A stretch of 63,819 nt of DNA, filler included, from Bigelowiella natans CCMP2755 (taxonomy: Eukaryota > Protista > Cercozoa): assembly GCA_000320545.1 (NCBI GenBank). It is 6 parts of 6 records of this genome, joined end to end, with 100 filler letters (N's around TTAATTAATTAA, not from the genome) between each part and the next. Parts side by side here need not be neighbours in the genome. Positions count along the whole stretch, not along the records: positions 5,533 to 16,152 come from ADNK01002525.1; positions 16,253 to 31,320 come from ADNK01000982.1; 4 more parts are not named here. One strand, given 5' to 3'. Below the pieces are notes generated by a model. The model searched no databases, had not been told where the DNA came from, and saw only the letters and a list, made by a program, of their open reading frames with translations. The translations under genes and the position numbers were made by a program. Positions within the stretch are counted from its first letter, which is position 1; each line of letters starts with the position of its first letter. Positions 13,556-27,284 of the stretch are shown here, piece by piece.

Positions 13556-13710
13556 ATCAGCAAGCATGATGTACAGGATTGGCAATGCGGCACCTTGGAA
13601 CATCTCGGCGAGGATCAGCCAACACATCGGGCCGTATCTTTGCAGGCAGAGAAGAGATTAAGAAAAATGCCCCTCCCGCTAACTACACACGTACTCGTCG
13701 AACCACACAC

Positions 13711-13759
<49 letters not shown>

Positions 13760-14425
13760 TACACACACACGCAACAGCATTCCAAAACACACTACTTCTA
13801 CACTACGATATCATGAACACGCCGGTCTAGTGGCATCGGCACGCACACAAGTCTGACATAACATGTACGCGTGCACATGCGAGAGCATACCCAAGGCCAA
13901 ACGCGGACACGAACAGCAAGATTCCACATACGAAGACCCCCGAGGTCAGGTGCGAAACAGGGAAAGAGGTCGCTATTGCCATAATAAACATGCCTAGTAC
14001 ACACCCCCCAGCACCTGAGGTACGCGGGATCGTCGAACGATATTCGAGGTGTTGGGGGGGGGGGAAGAGGGAGGAGGAAACAAAAAAGGAAATGTAAGAA
14101 AAAACACGATAATACATCGTTTTTGCTCAGTTTTTTATAGGTGCATTCCTACCCAAAACGTGCTTGCAAAGTTGGCATTAGTGTGTAGTATTCAGCAATC
14201 AATGACTCAATATTTTAGAGGGACTGCAGAACATTGCTCGCTCGCTTTTCTGCGTTTTGGGAAAGTGATTTCTGAAGTAGGTCTATGAGAACTACTACCA
14301 ACGAGCAAAGGCCATCGGCGGCCAATCCCGCTCACATCCACAAGCTGCGTTGTGATGATGGTGAAAAGCAGCTTGAGCAGCCCCATCACCAACGTCACCT
14401 ATGGCGTGCAGTAATATAGAGAAAA

Positions 14426-14476
<51 letters not shown>

Positions 14477-14577
14477 GAGGTTGGGGGGAAGAGGAGAGTA
14501 GAGAGAGTATATAAATATAAGTTATCAGAACATTGTAGCCGGGAAAACAATTCAAACAAATAACGAGTTATACATAT

Positions 14578-14617
<40 letters not shown>

Positions 14618-14846
14618 TCATCACACCCAAACATCGGAGATGTCGCTAAATCCTACTCCTATGCTAGACCCTCTCTAAATCTCCCAGACAAAACACCTGC
14701 AATGCTGTTGTTTCAGAGACTCCGTAGTGTGTGAGCGAGTAGACGGAGTAAAAGATCAGCGAATCGAGGCCAATGAGCCTAAACACAAATGCACACAAAC
14801 AAGGTGAGTTTGATTCTCACACCAGCCTCTCGACGTGTATATAAAA

Positions 14847-14887
<41 letters not shown>

Positions 14888-15756
14888 GTTTTTATGATGA
14901 TAAGTACAGGGATGTGCTACTTCCATCGGGCGTGTCGTGTCGCATGGTTTCTTACTGTTGGAAAGCGGCGAAACCCACGCCAACAAGCAGTGCGGGGCGA
15001 TTGTCAGGCGTGAATAGCATTTCTGACCAAGACGCCATGCTCGCGTGCGCTTTCATATCCTACGACATAATAATATTTAAGCTGGCGAAAACTGACCCCC
15101 CCCCCCCCTTCCATCTCTCCCTAATATAAGTCTTCCTTTCCCCCCAGGTATACAAATAAAGCCTTGTGCGAGGCCTGGCGCACGGCATCGATACGATGAT
15201 GGCAAGCTCGACGGCAAGGATGCTAGTTCCAACCTCTCTCATCTCCTGAAGTGTAAGCTTCACAGTCGTAGCTCTGACGTTTGGACTCTGCGAAATACAC
15301 GGAGGAATACTGTCAGCACTGTCACCGATCATCATGATGGTTATTAATGTTTCGTGTCCGCTACTTGCGCATATTTCGGCATTTACAGTGTATGCGCCAA
15401 ATACATGAGATGTACCACGCTGTTCAGCGTGCTTCACGAAAAGGGAAAATGGGTTTGACGACGACGTCTCAGTGTGCGTGCGCGCGCGCGCGTGTGTGTA
15501 TGTGTGATTCTAATTGTGTGCGCGTATGCGGAAACAAATAAACATCTATCGTCACAGAAGAAACGGCGTTCTAAAGACTGCTTATTTTAGCCCCCCCAAT
15601 GCCTCACACATGAGCTGATGCTGCCGCTAAATCAGTCGTGGGGTGGCGCTGGTGTATATATACCTCGGATGGGTGTACGAGGTTCTCTACGACGATGCGA
15701 GCTCGGTCTTGTTGGCCGTGCTTAAGCAGCCAAGACGGAGACTCCGGGAGGAACAT
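13175..15756 (-). CDS. MFS sugar porter (Sugar_tr family), C-terminal half; 5' part lost at contig end
   Basis: Exons give FLPESPSWLL, GFAAFQQLIGLDSLIFYS, TQLVDVSGIGRRWPLLVG, FGLGYGPMCWLILAEMF, FRSKGLSLG...ANR and FIPELQGK, which are sugar-porter signature motifs. Confidence 0.9.
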
Positions 15757-15826
15757 CTTTTGCCATCAATCACAAAATCATTATAAATCGTATCAATATA
15801 TCATAATATATACAATTATATATATA

Positions 15827-15898
<72 letters not shown>

Positions 15899-16152
15899 TG
15901 TGTGTGTGTGTGTGTGATTGATGGCAAAAGATGTTCCTCCCGGAGTCTCCGTCTTGGCCTCCTCCTCCTCCTCACCGTGGCGAGCTCGCATCGTCGTAGA
16001 GAACCTCGTACACGCATGCGAGGTATATATACACCAGCGCCACCCCACGACTGATTTAGCGGCAGCGTCAGCTCGTGTGTGAGGGAGTGGGGGGGCGAAA
16101 ATAAGCAGTCTTTAGAACGCCGTTTCTTCTGTGACGATATATGTTTATTTGT
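15534..16152. repeat. Terminal inverted duplication (arms ~15534-15774 and ~15913-16152) around a (TA)n/(TG)n tract; probable fold-back artefact
   Basis: The second arm is the reverse complement of the first, with scattered mismatches, and runs to the contig end. Confidence 0.85.
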
Positions 16153-16252
16153 NNNNNNNNNNNNNNNNNNNNNNNNNNNNNNNNNNNNNNNNNNNNTTAA
16201 TTAATTAANNNNNNNNNNNNNNNNNNNNNNNNNNNNNNNNNNNNNNNNNNNN
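16153..16252. other. Artificial contig spacer
   Basis: 44N-TTAATTAATTAA-44N. Confidence 0.97.
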
Positions 16253-16278
16253 GTGGTAGTAGCAGTAGTAGTAGTAGC

Positions 16279-16320
<42 letters not shown>

Positions 16321-16407
16321 GGTAGTGATGATGCACTACATATGTATCATTTGTGTGTGCTTACATTATGCTGTTGGTGGTGATTGATGGTGTATTTTCT
16401 GGATTAG

Positions 16408-16544
16408 ATAATTGTCGACGACTCTCGAAAAGCGAGCTCAGTGAAAATACAGAGGCAGGTCGTTGTATACATTATGTATGCTAAACAACCGTATTATCAT
16501 TATATTTAATTTTTATTTATTTAGTATGCAACTATGTACAGTAG

Positions 16545-16575
<31 letters not shown>

Positions 16576-16602
16576 CGTTCCAGTTAACCACTGCTGTTAT
16601 CA

Positions 16603-16638
<36 letters not shown>

Positions 16639-16720
16639 CTAGGGCAAAGATTCTAGTGAGTTAATACAAGCAGATGCTGTCGTACTTGCCGTTGGTGTAA
16701 CAGGTGATATGTGTCAGTGT

Positions 16721-16752
<32 letters not shown>

Positions 16753-16916
16753 TGATAGGTTGGTAGGCAGGTTAGTTGGCTCTACTTTACTTATTTTTAC
16801 TCTACCACTTTATTGATAAAACACAATACTGCGTATTACCAGGTCTAAAGAAAATCATACAACAATCCCCATCATTGGCCAATATATCTCCTGATCTACG
16901 GAGAGCAGCTGGGTTG

Positions 16917-16986
<70 letters not shown>

Positions 16987-18548
16987 ATATACTCCGGATG
17001 GTGGTGAGTAACATATCTTAAATGAAGGAGCTCTTATTTACAAATGTTATTGCTACATGTACTACTATAGGTCAATGAAAGCAATTGATGTCATAGCGAC
17101 AAGGATTTGGTCATTACATCACAATCAATCTCCTAGTACTTTCAATGTTGGAAACTGAATAGTATACACTACCATATAGATAACAACATTTTTATAAATC
17201 GTAACAACATGAAGTTCATAAGAGCAGCTATTGTGACATAAAATTGTTGATGATTTCACTTTAATAGGTTTGATAAGAAAGTAAATTGTCCTTTTCCATC
17301 TAATGTTTTCTCTGAGTATTCTGAACTTGAAGGGGCAGGGTACTCTCTCTAATATGCGTGTGTGTTTGTGTGTGTCGTAATTTGGATTTATACTTTTGAG
17401 AGAAATCAACCACATTTGAATGAAGTTGTATTAAATAGATAGGTACTGACCTCCTAGCTGTATATGCATTTATCACCACCTTATCAAATCTCTAACTACC
17501 ACTATTTTTGTCATGAGTACCCATCATCATCATCTTCATCGTAATCATCTTAGCCATTATAATCCATCATCAGAGGAACTTTTTTCTGCTTGGGATACCC
17601 TGCATGATAACCCATGGGGAGAGGAAGACAATGCAAACAATAAGGTAGTGAGTAGTAAGTAGTGGAAGTAGTAGTAGTAGTGAATGATGATCATGCTACT
17701 ACATGAAGAATCAATGTAGTGATCAGGAAAGACGTAGTATTATTTGCATACAACAATAATCAGGGAACAGTGGTCGCAGCGGATTTTTACAATGCCTGCA
17801 ACTTGATGTACCTGTCCGGTAGCATATAACATTATTAATAATAATAATAATAATGATAATATAATAATAATAGTGATAGTAGGTAATAATAATGATTAGT
17901 TCTTTTCTCTAAACCTTAACCCTTTGCATGAGTCTCTGGATATCTAAAAGCAATAGCAGAAGCATCTTTACCATTGTGTTTCTTCTTGTTCTTCTCTTTC
18001 TTCTTATTCCTCTCTTTCTTCTTCTTTTATACGATGATATTACGTAGATGAAGAGATCAAACGACGTCTTGTTGAGGTGAAAAGGATATAATAAATTTAG
18101 CAGCGGACATTTCTTGATTTTAAGTAGTACGATTATAATAGATGAATTGAGTTTATGACGATTCCTACCTACTACTAGGTGATGCTTCCATCTGCTGTGC
18201 CTTCTTTTAAAGACGCAAAGGTCATCGATATGTGGATCAAACGGTATTGTTATTACTACTCTTTACGTATTAGTAGAGGAGGAGGAGGAAGACGAAATAA
18301 TAAGAAGAAGAACTATAGTGATTCGCAGTGGTTGGTTGTAGTTGTAGTAGGTAGTAGTAGTAATAGTAGTAGTGTAGTAGTAGTAGTAGTTAGTCGCAGT
18401 ACTAGTAACAGGAAAATAAGACTATCCCACTCACACATACACACACAGTAGTAGTAGTTAGTCGCAGTACTCGTAGCAGGAAAATAAGACTATCCCACTA
18501 CTAGTAGCAGGAAAATAAAACTATCCCACTCACACATACACACACACA

Positions 18549-18585
<37 letters not shown>

Positions 18586-18927
18586 TTACTACCAATACTA
18601 CTACTACAACAACTACTACTACTATTTACTGCTGCTTCTTCTTCCCTCCCTCTACCACCACACACTCACACAGACTTACTACTAATACTACTACTACTAC
18701 TTCTACTACTACTACTACTACTATTTACTGCTGCCTGTAGATTTCCTCAAGCAGTCACACACTTTGCACCTGGCTCGGCTTCTACGCGCCCCCCTCAAAA
18801 AATACCTGAGATTGACAATTTGGTTGTCGCTGGCGATTTAGTGCGAGGTACTACTTTATTATCTTCATCATCTATCATTTTCAGGAAAGGATATTGATAT
18901 GATAAATATGTGCGGAGGGAGGTATAG

Positions 18928-18958
<31 letters not shown>

Positions 18959-20035
18959 AAATACTTCCTGTTAGGTTTGGAGCATGGAAGTGCCGGACTC
19001 AGTCAAGAAAGAGCGTATGTTTCCGGTACTACGAGTACTTACGAGTACTTGTACTCGTAGTAGTAGTAGTTGTTGTTGTTGTTGTTGTTGTTGCTGTTGT
19101 TGTAACATGAGCAGTTAATGTGAGCGACAACAGCCCCCAGCCCTCCTTAAATGTGTCATGGTGATTCAGTTGTTATTGCTTCATTTACATTATTATTGGT
19201 GATGCATGATGGTGAATATATTATTACTACTACTTACCATATATTTGTTTCAATTCATCATTAGGTCTAGCGGCCGGAAACCAACTTATCAAAAGGTGAT
19301 AATTTAACTTTCATCTTCGTCGCGTCGCCGTCTTAGTAATAGTAGTAGGAGCAGAAGTAATAAGTATTAGTGGCAATAACACATGCAAATGTTTAGACAG
19401 TATGCTTACATTGATCGATATATCCGTAAATGATGACGATGATGATGATGATGATTATTATTATTATTATTATTATTTATGCAATGTTGTTCGCACACAG
19501 TATGGGAGGCAATAGTGCTCATGAAATTCTCGCTACGGAAGGCGATGAGCCCCAATTCAAAGCATTGAAGGTGATTAAATCATGCCTCGGCACGTTGTTG
19601 TGAACGTCGTCGCAACTTATTCTTAATACTTTTTTATAAATATGATGCATGTGAACAACGTCGCAACTTATTCTTCATACATTTTTTATAAATAATGATG
19701 CATGTGCAGAGCTGCATGTATGTAGCTGGTAGATCGTCAACATAGTTTACAACATCATATTTATTCGAAAGTATGCCGTTTATTTATTGGTGAATTTCTT
19801 AGGACTTTGCTCAAAGATCTGACAGGCTATTGCGAGCGGTACGAAAACAGTGGTTTGTATTTTACCAGCAGGATGATGAGGACATATTTCTTTAATTCAT
19901 GTTTGATATGATGTGTTACTATACATTATATTGTATATGTACTCCTATTGCTACAAGCAATATTCAATATAAATTATGAACTACGCGATGTATGTCTTAA
20001 CTGAGATGCTGCTAACATGATCATCATGCATCATA

Positions 20036-20071
<36 letters not shown>

Positions 20072-20111
20072 GTGTGAAATGTAGGTTGGCTTGGAGTCAC
20101 TTCTCGATTGA
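16408..20111 (+). CDS. FAD-dependent oxidoreductase of the amine oxidase / carotenoid desaturase-like family (PF01593), 5'-truncated, about 15 exons
   Basis: Spliced: ADAVVLAVGVTGLKKII..., AIDVIATRIWFDKKV, GAGGTFF, GTVVAADFYNA, LSDEEIKRRL, FPQAVTHFAPGS, NLVVAGDLVRGLEHGSAGLSQERAYVSGLAAGN, EGDEPQF...VGLESLLD*. One apparent +1 G frameshift near 17592. Confidence 0.85.
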
Positions 20112-21259
20112 CCCGCATAGGCGGATTATTCGTATCAACATATACTGTAAAGCTAGTAGCGTGAGTTTGCAACCATGTGTATTATGTCTCCACATAACAG
20201 GAATATTGAGAATCATGCGTTTGCGTCCACTGATAGCTATGAGTCTCATAGTGCATGATGAGTGGCAATGCACGCTCTCCTGCTCTTGTGTCTTTTACCC
20301 CCAAGCGATGCTGTGCAGTTAATACACGTAGCTTACCGATGATGAATACGTAGTACACAATGTCGGCGTTTAATCCTCTGATTGCTATCAATGTTATTTA
20401 CACTGAATACTGAAAGATGTCAGCACAGGCAGAGAGACGCTACCATGCAACAATGTGATGTACGTTATTGCGTGTCGTACACTACATTTAATTGCTGTTT
20501 TTGCAAAAGCTGTCCTGTTTAGACAGAACGCCTGAAGATTAAGATGATGTTACATTCGCCAAATGCTCCAATATTGACCGAGTGTGTGCGCTGTTGCCTC
20601 ATGATTTCATTGCATGGTAACAAACAGATATTCGTATGCATCGAAATGACAAGAGTAGCAACAAATTTTGAACAAATATTTGCAACGTACAGGCGGTGTC
20701 ATCATGCAAGCCCGTGTCAACAGTGCGCTATTATGATGAATGTGGTGTGCGATGCGCCAGACTGCATGTATAGCTACATGATATGGAAAGGATCAAAAAG
20801 TAGCATTATCGTTTCTAGACATGCCTTGTGTACACGGACAACATTTCCAAATTGTAAATCATCACTCTCCACGAGTGATTATGTGTTCTTTGCTTATTTG
20901 CTCACCCCCTTGGATAATATGAGTACTCTCACTAGTGCTACTACTGCAATTGACAGTAGATAGGGTATCCGAATGAAAAGAGGCATCAGTAGCAGCAGAT
21001 TCAATAGCGGGTATTGTGCTCTTTTGAAGTAGAGCTCCCTGCATGATTTTGTAAGCTTGATCTGATTGACCTCCTTCAAAGACATAATTTTAGTAATTAT
21101 CATTATCATCCTCAATATCATATTTAAAATCATACAATGTACCTAACATTTGAATACAGTGTACAATAATTCTAGATTGCTCCCTCTTATGTGTATAAAT
21201 ACGTGTATCGATACATTACAATAGAACATGAGTAACTCTTGCAAAGGGTACAACTAACT

Positions 21260-22040
21260 CTAGGAGCTATGACCACCTTTATTTTCCCAATTTACAAAGA
21301 AATCAGCAGCCTCTTCAATGTAGTAGTCTTTCGTTCCTCCTCCTCCTCCTCCTCCTCCTCCTTTTCCTCCTTCTTTCCTTCCTCCTTCTTGTCGTTGATA
21401 TTGTTGGTTGTCCTTCTCTACTACTACCTCCTTGCTGTGAATGGCAGCAGGTTGCTGTAGATTTGGTGGTGAAGAAGCTGCTAATACCTTGGTACTGGCT
21501 CCTCCTCCTCCTCCTCCTCCTCCTCCAACTCTTCCGTGTTTGATGTCCAATGCATGTACCCATGATTTCTTCACGGTGTTGTTGGGTTTAGAAGCTGATA
21601 AGTTGCAGCAAGATTGGGAATGATCATGGTTGTGGTGAATAATGTTGCCTACTAGCGAAGAAGCATATGTGGTATCATCCACCACTTCCGCTGCATCATC
21701 AGCTCCAACAGCTGAAGTTATTGCTTTCTTTGTGACAGAAGAAGACGTGGAGGTAGTAGTGGTAGTTGTTGTTACTTTTGTTCGATACTGCTGCAACTGT
21801 TTACCTTCTTCGCTAATGAGGCAGTAAATGTACAAGATGCACGGAGACAATAATGAAGCAGCAAAGAAAATAGCCTAAATACGTTGGCAGTAATCATTAT
21901 TAGAAAATGCAGGTATCTTTTAGGGGTTTTGCAATAATGTTGATGAGTTAGTAAATGGGTGTTACTGTCAAAATATAATGCATGATTTTGAAAGGAGGAG
22001 GCCTGTCGCTCACCAAGCCTTCGACATAAACACACGCACA

Positions 22041-22116
<76 letters not shown>

Positions 22117-22543
22117 GCGGACAGCCCATACATATATTTGAAAGTGTGCTGGGAATGTTGTTATTATCACCGCATAAATATACATCCTCCAAGGATGCAA
22201 ACTCTTTGATAAAGGAATTTTCTTGACCGTATCAACAGGAATAGATGGGGCTACAAACTGGGCGGTATTGCCGGCTGCTGTCGTCGTGTGCATCACTCCT
22301 GTTTTCATTTTTTCTGACGATGCAGTATAATCATTATCAATACTACTCTTCCGGTAATTCTTTCTTTCCATCGCCTCTGTTGCGTCGTTGTACTGCTCGT
22401 AAAATGACCCATCACCCTTTCCTTCCCTTCCGCCTTCATTGCTTGCCGCTGGAGCTGATGATAGTACCAACGCAGAGTTCATAATTCCCACGTGTTGCTG
22501 TTGCTGCCTTTGCCATTGATTAATAGGTTTGATTGTAATTGGA

Positions 22544-22576
<33 letters not shown>

Positions 22577-22980
22577 AGGGCTGTTGATACTGCTGATGCT
22601 ACTACTGCCGTGTTGTCCGAAAATCGTGGCTTTGCTGCATCATCATCTTTTCTTGATGGACGGCGATCCGGTGAAGTTTCGGCCGATGTTACTGTTGTTG
22701 ATACTGCTGTCCCATTTTTAGAAATATGCGTCACATTGTTACCAATACTTCTATCATGCCTTCTATCTTCATCGCGAAACCTCTCCAGCAAAAGAGTTTT
22801 TTCATTCGGAACAATGCCCTCTTTCCAAGCACCCCCAGATGCTTCTTTCAAGGGCTGATGCCATAAATGGTGCTGATTATGATGCTGGCGATCGTGATTT
22901 TTCCCTTCCTGGTCCTGGTCTATAGCAGTAGTTGAGGCTGAACCAAGTACAGCAACGAGCACCTGAACCAACAACATCAT
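21260..22980 (-). CDS. Hypothetical, possibly secreted, low-complexity protein
   Basis: Two long open exons (~22225-22980 and ~21260-21810) with a signal-peptide-like start (MMLLVQVLVAVLGSASTTA). No domain recognised. Confidence 0.4.
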
Positions 22981-23349
22981 TATGGTTGTTCAATCGGATG
23001 ATTCGTTGCAGTTCCGACTGGAAAATAATAATACATGCAAACACTTGAAGAACAACCAATCATATTATTTAAATTACCACTGTGAACAGTAAAATCATCA
23101 CGGGAAACCGGATCCTTCTCCCCCCCCTCAACGCACGTTGCTTGATCGATTCGGAATGTTATCGTATTTGAATTTGAAATTCCAGTTGGGGCTCGTAACT
23201 TATCTTACCTCATACTTGCTTGTCGTTCGTGGGAATTCGGGTCCTTTTTTGTGGGATTTTCTAGCAATAAAATTTATTGTTGTTGTTGTTGCATCGCAAT
23301 CCATGGTAATTAGTCAGGTTGATAGAATTTGTCGATGCAATAACGAAAC

Positions 23350-26300
23350 GATGGATCCCTTATGTAAAGCGCATCCTTCCTTTGAATTCTTCATAATGCC
23401 GAAAATGAGAAAAAAGTATGGTACTCTAGATGACTTCGTGTATGAAATGGCCTATATTTTGGTCCATATTCGAAGAGGAGGAGCCCCCGGCAAGCAATCG
23501 AAGGAGAAAAGTTGCAAACCTCTCCCTCTCCTCATCACCCACTCTTCATACTCTTTTAGACGACCTTTTCATGATCACAACCTTCAGTTAGAGCATCAAT
23601 TGCTCGTTCTTCTGCTAAAGTAGATATGTCGGTTATCGCCAATGCGCGAGAGATGCGGTATGATTGCCCATATTGCAAGAAGGAGAAAGGCTGCTGCTCA
23701 CTTTTTTTCTGGGCTGTTCGGCTAACTGCGGAGGACTACCAAGTAATGCAGTCAATTGTTTTTTTTTTCCTAAACTATTTATGTATGTAGCGAGAATTAC
23801 ATGGAAGAAGGATGGGGATTCTCTAATAGCATCAACCAAAGCATATTCAATCACATTACTTTTCAACAACACGTCTTCTTCCTCAGGCCCTTGTTGAATT
23901 GGGATGGTGTCGCTGTGGTCGAATGGTATACTTCCCAATTAATCAAAAATGCTGTTGTCCGCAGGTAGTAGCTAGCTAGCATAAAGATCATGTTGATAAT
24001 GTGCAAAATGGCTATGAATTGGTGGTGGTACTTTAAAATCGCTGCTTGAATAGCGGTTCAACGAATAGCAGCACAACTGGAGAATACTACTGTATGGTGT
24101 ATTACGATTCATGACCAATTTGTTTTACCTTGATTCTAATTGCCTGTAGCTTGAGATCATTTTCATCACTAATATTATAATTACCCCAAATCAGCATTCA
24201 ATGAGGATTGATGCATTACGGTTCCGACCTAACAAGCGACAGAAGAGAGTGAGAAAGCGAATAGAGAGCTTACAGGTATTTATTAGCTAACCCTATTGCC
24301 ATCCATTTTTTACTGCCAATTGATGATGATGCCAATTATACAATTATATTCCGTATGTAGGCAGGGAAATGGATTCCAAATCTAGAGGGTGGTCATGACA
24401 ACAACGAAGATCAAAATGAAGGAGACACCAAAGCAGAGAAGAAAGAAGGAAGAGAACAAATAAATGGTAGTAGCAGTAAACAAGAAATAGTAGCAACAAA
24501 TAGTGGCGCACCTGCTGCTACCTTAGCTACTACTGCAGGGTTTTCAACAACGACGACTATGGGAAATCATCGTCATCAGCGAGTACCCACTACTCTCATC
24601 AGCACGGGTGATGGTACTAGTTATCATCTTGCTGCAAATTCTAATAGTAGGGGTAGTAGTACCACAACCAAGGTGATGACGACACCATCGTCAGAAGCGT
24701 CAGCATCATCATCATCATCATCATCATCGGTTATGGTGAAGAACTCGCACCACCTAGCGAGTAGGCCAACAAAACCAGTCGTAACAGGAGAAACATCATC
24801 ATCAGAAGCAGCAGCAGCGGCTTGTGATAATGTGAGGCGAAGTAATATATCATCAACTCTATCACCCTCCATAGAGCAGGCAGAATCTAGAAGAGGAAGA
24901 AAAGTATCAGAACCACAACAACGGAAGAAGGAGCAGCAGCAGCCGTCGTCATCGTCATCATCATCATCATCATCACAAGCACCTGAAAGTGAAGCAGCTA
25001 CAGTAGTAATACATGCTAAAAATGTGGCGGTCAAACAATTATCCAGAAGATTGGAGGTATGAAATAGTATCTATTATTATTCCACCATAAAATGCAAAAA
25101 ATGATGATGATGATGATGATGATAATGATAGTTATTATAATCGTATGATGATTTTGGCTACTACCTACTACAACTATGAACTAAAAGGAGGGATGAGTAC
25201 TCTTGATTACTTCAAACATCAAGATTATTATTACTGTACGCTCATCACAAACAACACCTACCTCCTCCTCCTCCTCCTCCTCCTCCTCCTCCTCCTCCCC
25301 CTCTGTTTTAGCAACAAGAAGAAAAGCAATCGTCTGACGACTCAAAGTGGTCTTCACTGCCGTTGCCATCATCATCATCATCATTATCATCACCATCATC
25401 TTCTTCATCATTATCTTCATCACTCCCTGATGAATGGAGACGCATCAAAGTTATTCTTGGTATAGTAATAACAAAAATAGTAGTCGCATCAAATTTATTC
25501 TTGGTGTAGTAATAACAAAAATAGTATTAGTAGCAGTAGTAGTATTAGTAGTAGTAGACGCATCGAAGTTATTCTTGATGTAGTAGTTACGAAAATTGTA
25601 GTAGTATATGTATGATTATATTGCATCTACTATTTTATGATTATGAAACTATTATTATTATATTGGTGGTGGTGGTTGTGGTTTAGATACAATCCTACTA
25701 GAAGTACTCAAGGATATGAAAGTAGTACAAGAAGTAGTGCTGGAGGAACTGCTTGCTTCTGAGAAGGGTAATCATGGGAATGATGATGCTGCTGCTGGGG
25801 AGGAAGATCATAACCATTCTCTCGTTATTCCTTCTCAATCACCGTCAACGATAAGGCCGAAGAAGCAGCAGCAGCAGCAGCATCTGATTCTTCATCATCA
25901 CCTCTCCCCTTCGTTTCCTGGATTTGTCCAAGTAGTGAAGACTATAGCAGTAGCAGCAGCAGGAGGAGGAGGAGGACAAGGAGAAGGAAGAAGAAGAAAG
26001 GGAATAGAAAGCATCAAAAGGCAGAAGAAAAGTAGAAGAAAGGACAACAGAAATAGTGAAAGAAGGGGGAGGGGACAGGTAATGATATCAGCTATTGGTA
26101 TTAGTATAGTACCTACTAGAAATCGATTATTAGACCAATGAATGCACGATGCATGCACATGGTATTATTGATAGCTTTTATCAATTTAGAATAAACGAGC
26201 ACGTGAAACTGGAAGAAGAAGAAGAAGAAGAAGAAGAAGAAGAAGAAGAGACCACTTACTTAGTTACATGCTTACTTACTTACTTTGAGAGAAATACGCA

Positions 26301-26610
26301 AACACACACACACACACCAGTTATTATGGATATTCATCATCGACAAAGAAGATCCCCTTTTTTTTCCTTATTTTCTTCTAGTTTTCAGTTCATATTATGA
26401 TTATTGTATCAAGTCAACGACGGTTGTCCTTAGATTGCGTCTTATTTGTGATTTTCTTTTGTTCGTACAGCTAACCTCAAGCGTCGCCTTCGTTACAGCA
26501 GCTAAATTGAGAAGGAGGAGGAAACATCAAACAACGACAACAAATGGAAATGCTAATGCTGCTGGTGCTACTGATGAAACATTATCTTCCTCGTTCGAGC
26601 TTGCTCAACT

Positions 26611-26645
<35 letters not shown>

Positions 26646-26762
26646 TGAATGGATTTGATGAAAAGGAGATAGCACGTTACATAGCTGATAGAATAAATTC
26701 TATTATACTCTCCTCGAAGAAGGAAGGAGATGGAGGAGGGGGGAAGCAGCGATCAGTGATAC

Positions 26763-26799
<37 letters not shown>

Positions 26800-27253
26800 T
26801 CTGGATCGTCTTGCAGCACTTCTGCCCCCAGGAGTGAAGATAGAGGTGGGTGGAAAAGCACATCTCAATGCCTACGTGCCTTCTCTCCTCCTCCACAAGA
26901 AGAAGAAGAACCCAGAAATAAATCAAAACAACGAAGAGAACAACTTCGATGGCGGCAAGGTGTTTATTATTCTTTGTATGGATGAACATATACGACAACA
27001 TGCGTTGTATGTATTTATTGATTCCTCTCCTTGTTATTACGACGCTCTACTACGGACAACTAAGCGATACACATAATCATAATAATAATAATAATAATAA
27101 TAGTTTATCACGACGCTTTACTACGGACAACTAAGCGACACGCATAATCATAATAATAATAATAATAATAATAATAATAGTTTTGAGGAGGAGGAGGAGA
27201 GGCTATCCTCCTTTTATATAATCAAATTTCCCTTTGTTCTTGGCTGCTGCTGT

Positions 27254-27284
<31 letters not shown>

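Noticed and set aside
15534-16152. Long hairpin resembling a MITE or a hairpin-RNA locus
   Set aside because: It copies ordinary exon-intron sequence, has a noisier second arm and ends the contig, which is typical of a fold-back read or assembly chimera. Spanning reads would settle it.
17586-17600. Apparent +1 frameshift in the FAD oxidoreductase (and a -1 near 31436 in AOAH) as programmed frameshifting or pseudogenisation
   Set aside because: Both are single-base differences at short homopolymers in otherwise intact genes, most likely consensus errors.
18398-18545. Short imperfect direct repeats (also ~19590-19710, ~25440-25585, ~34620-34830) as a CRISPR-like array
   Set aside because: Two or three degenerate intronic copies with no unique spacers and no cas genes, in a eukaryotic context.
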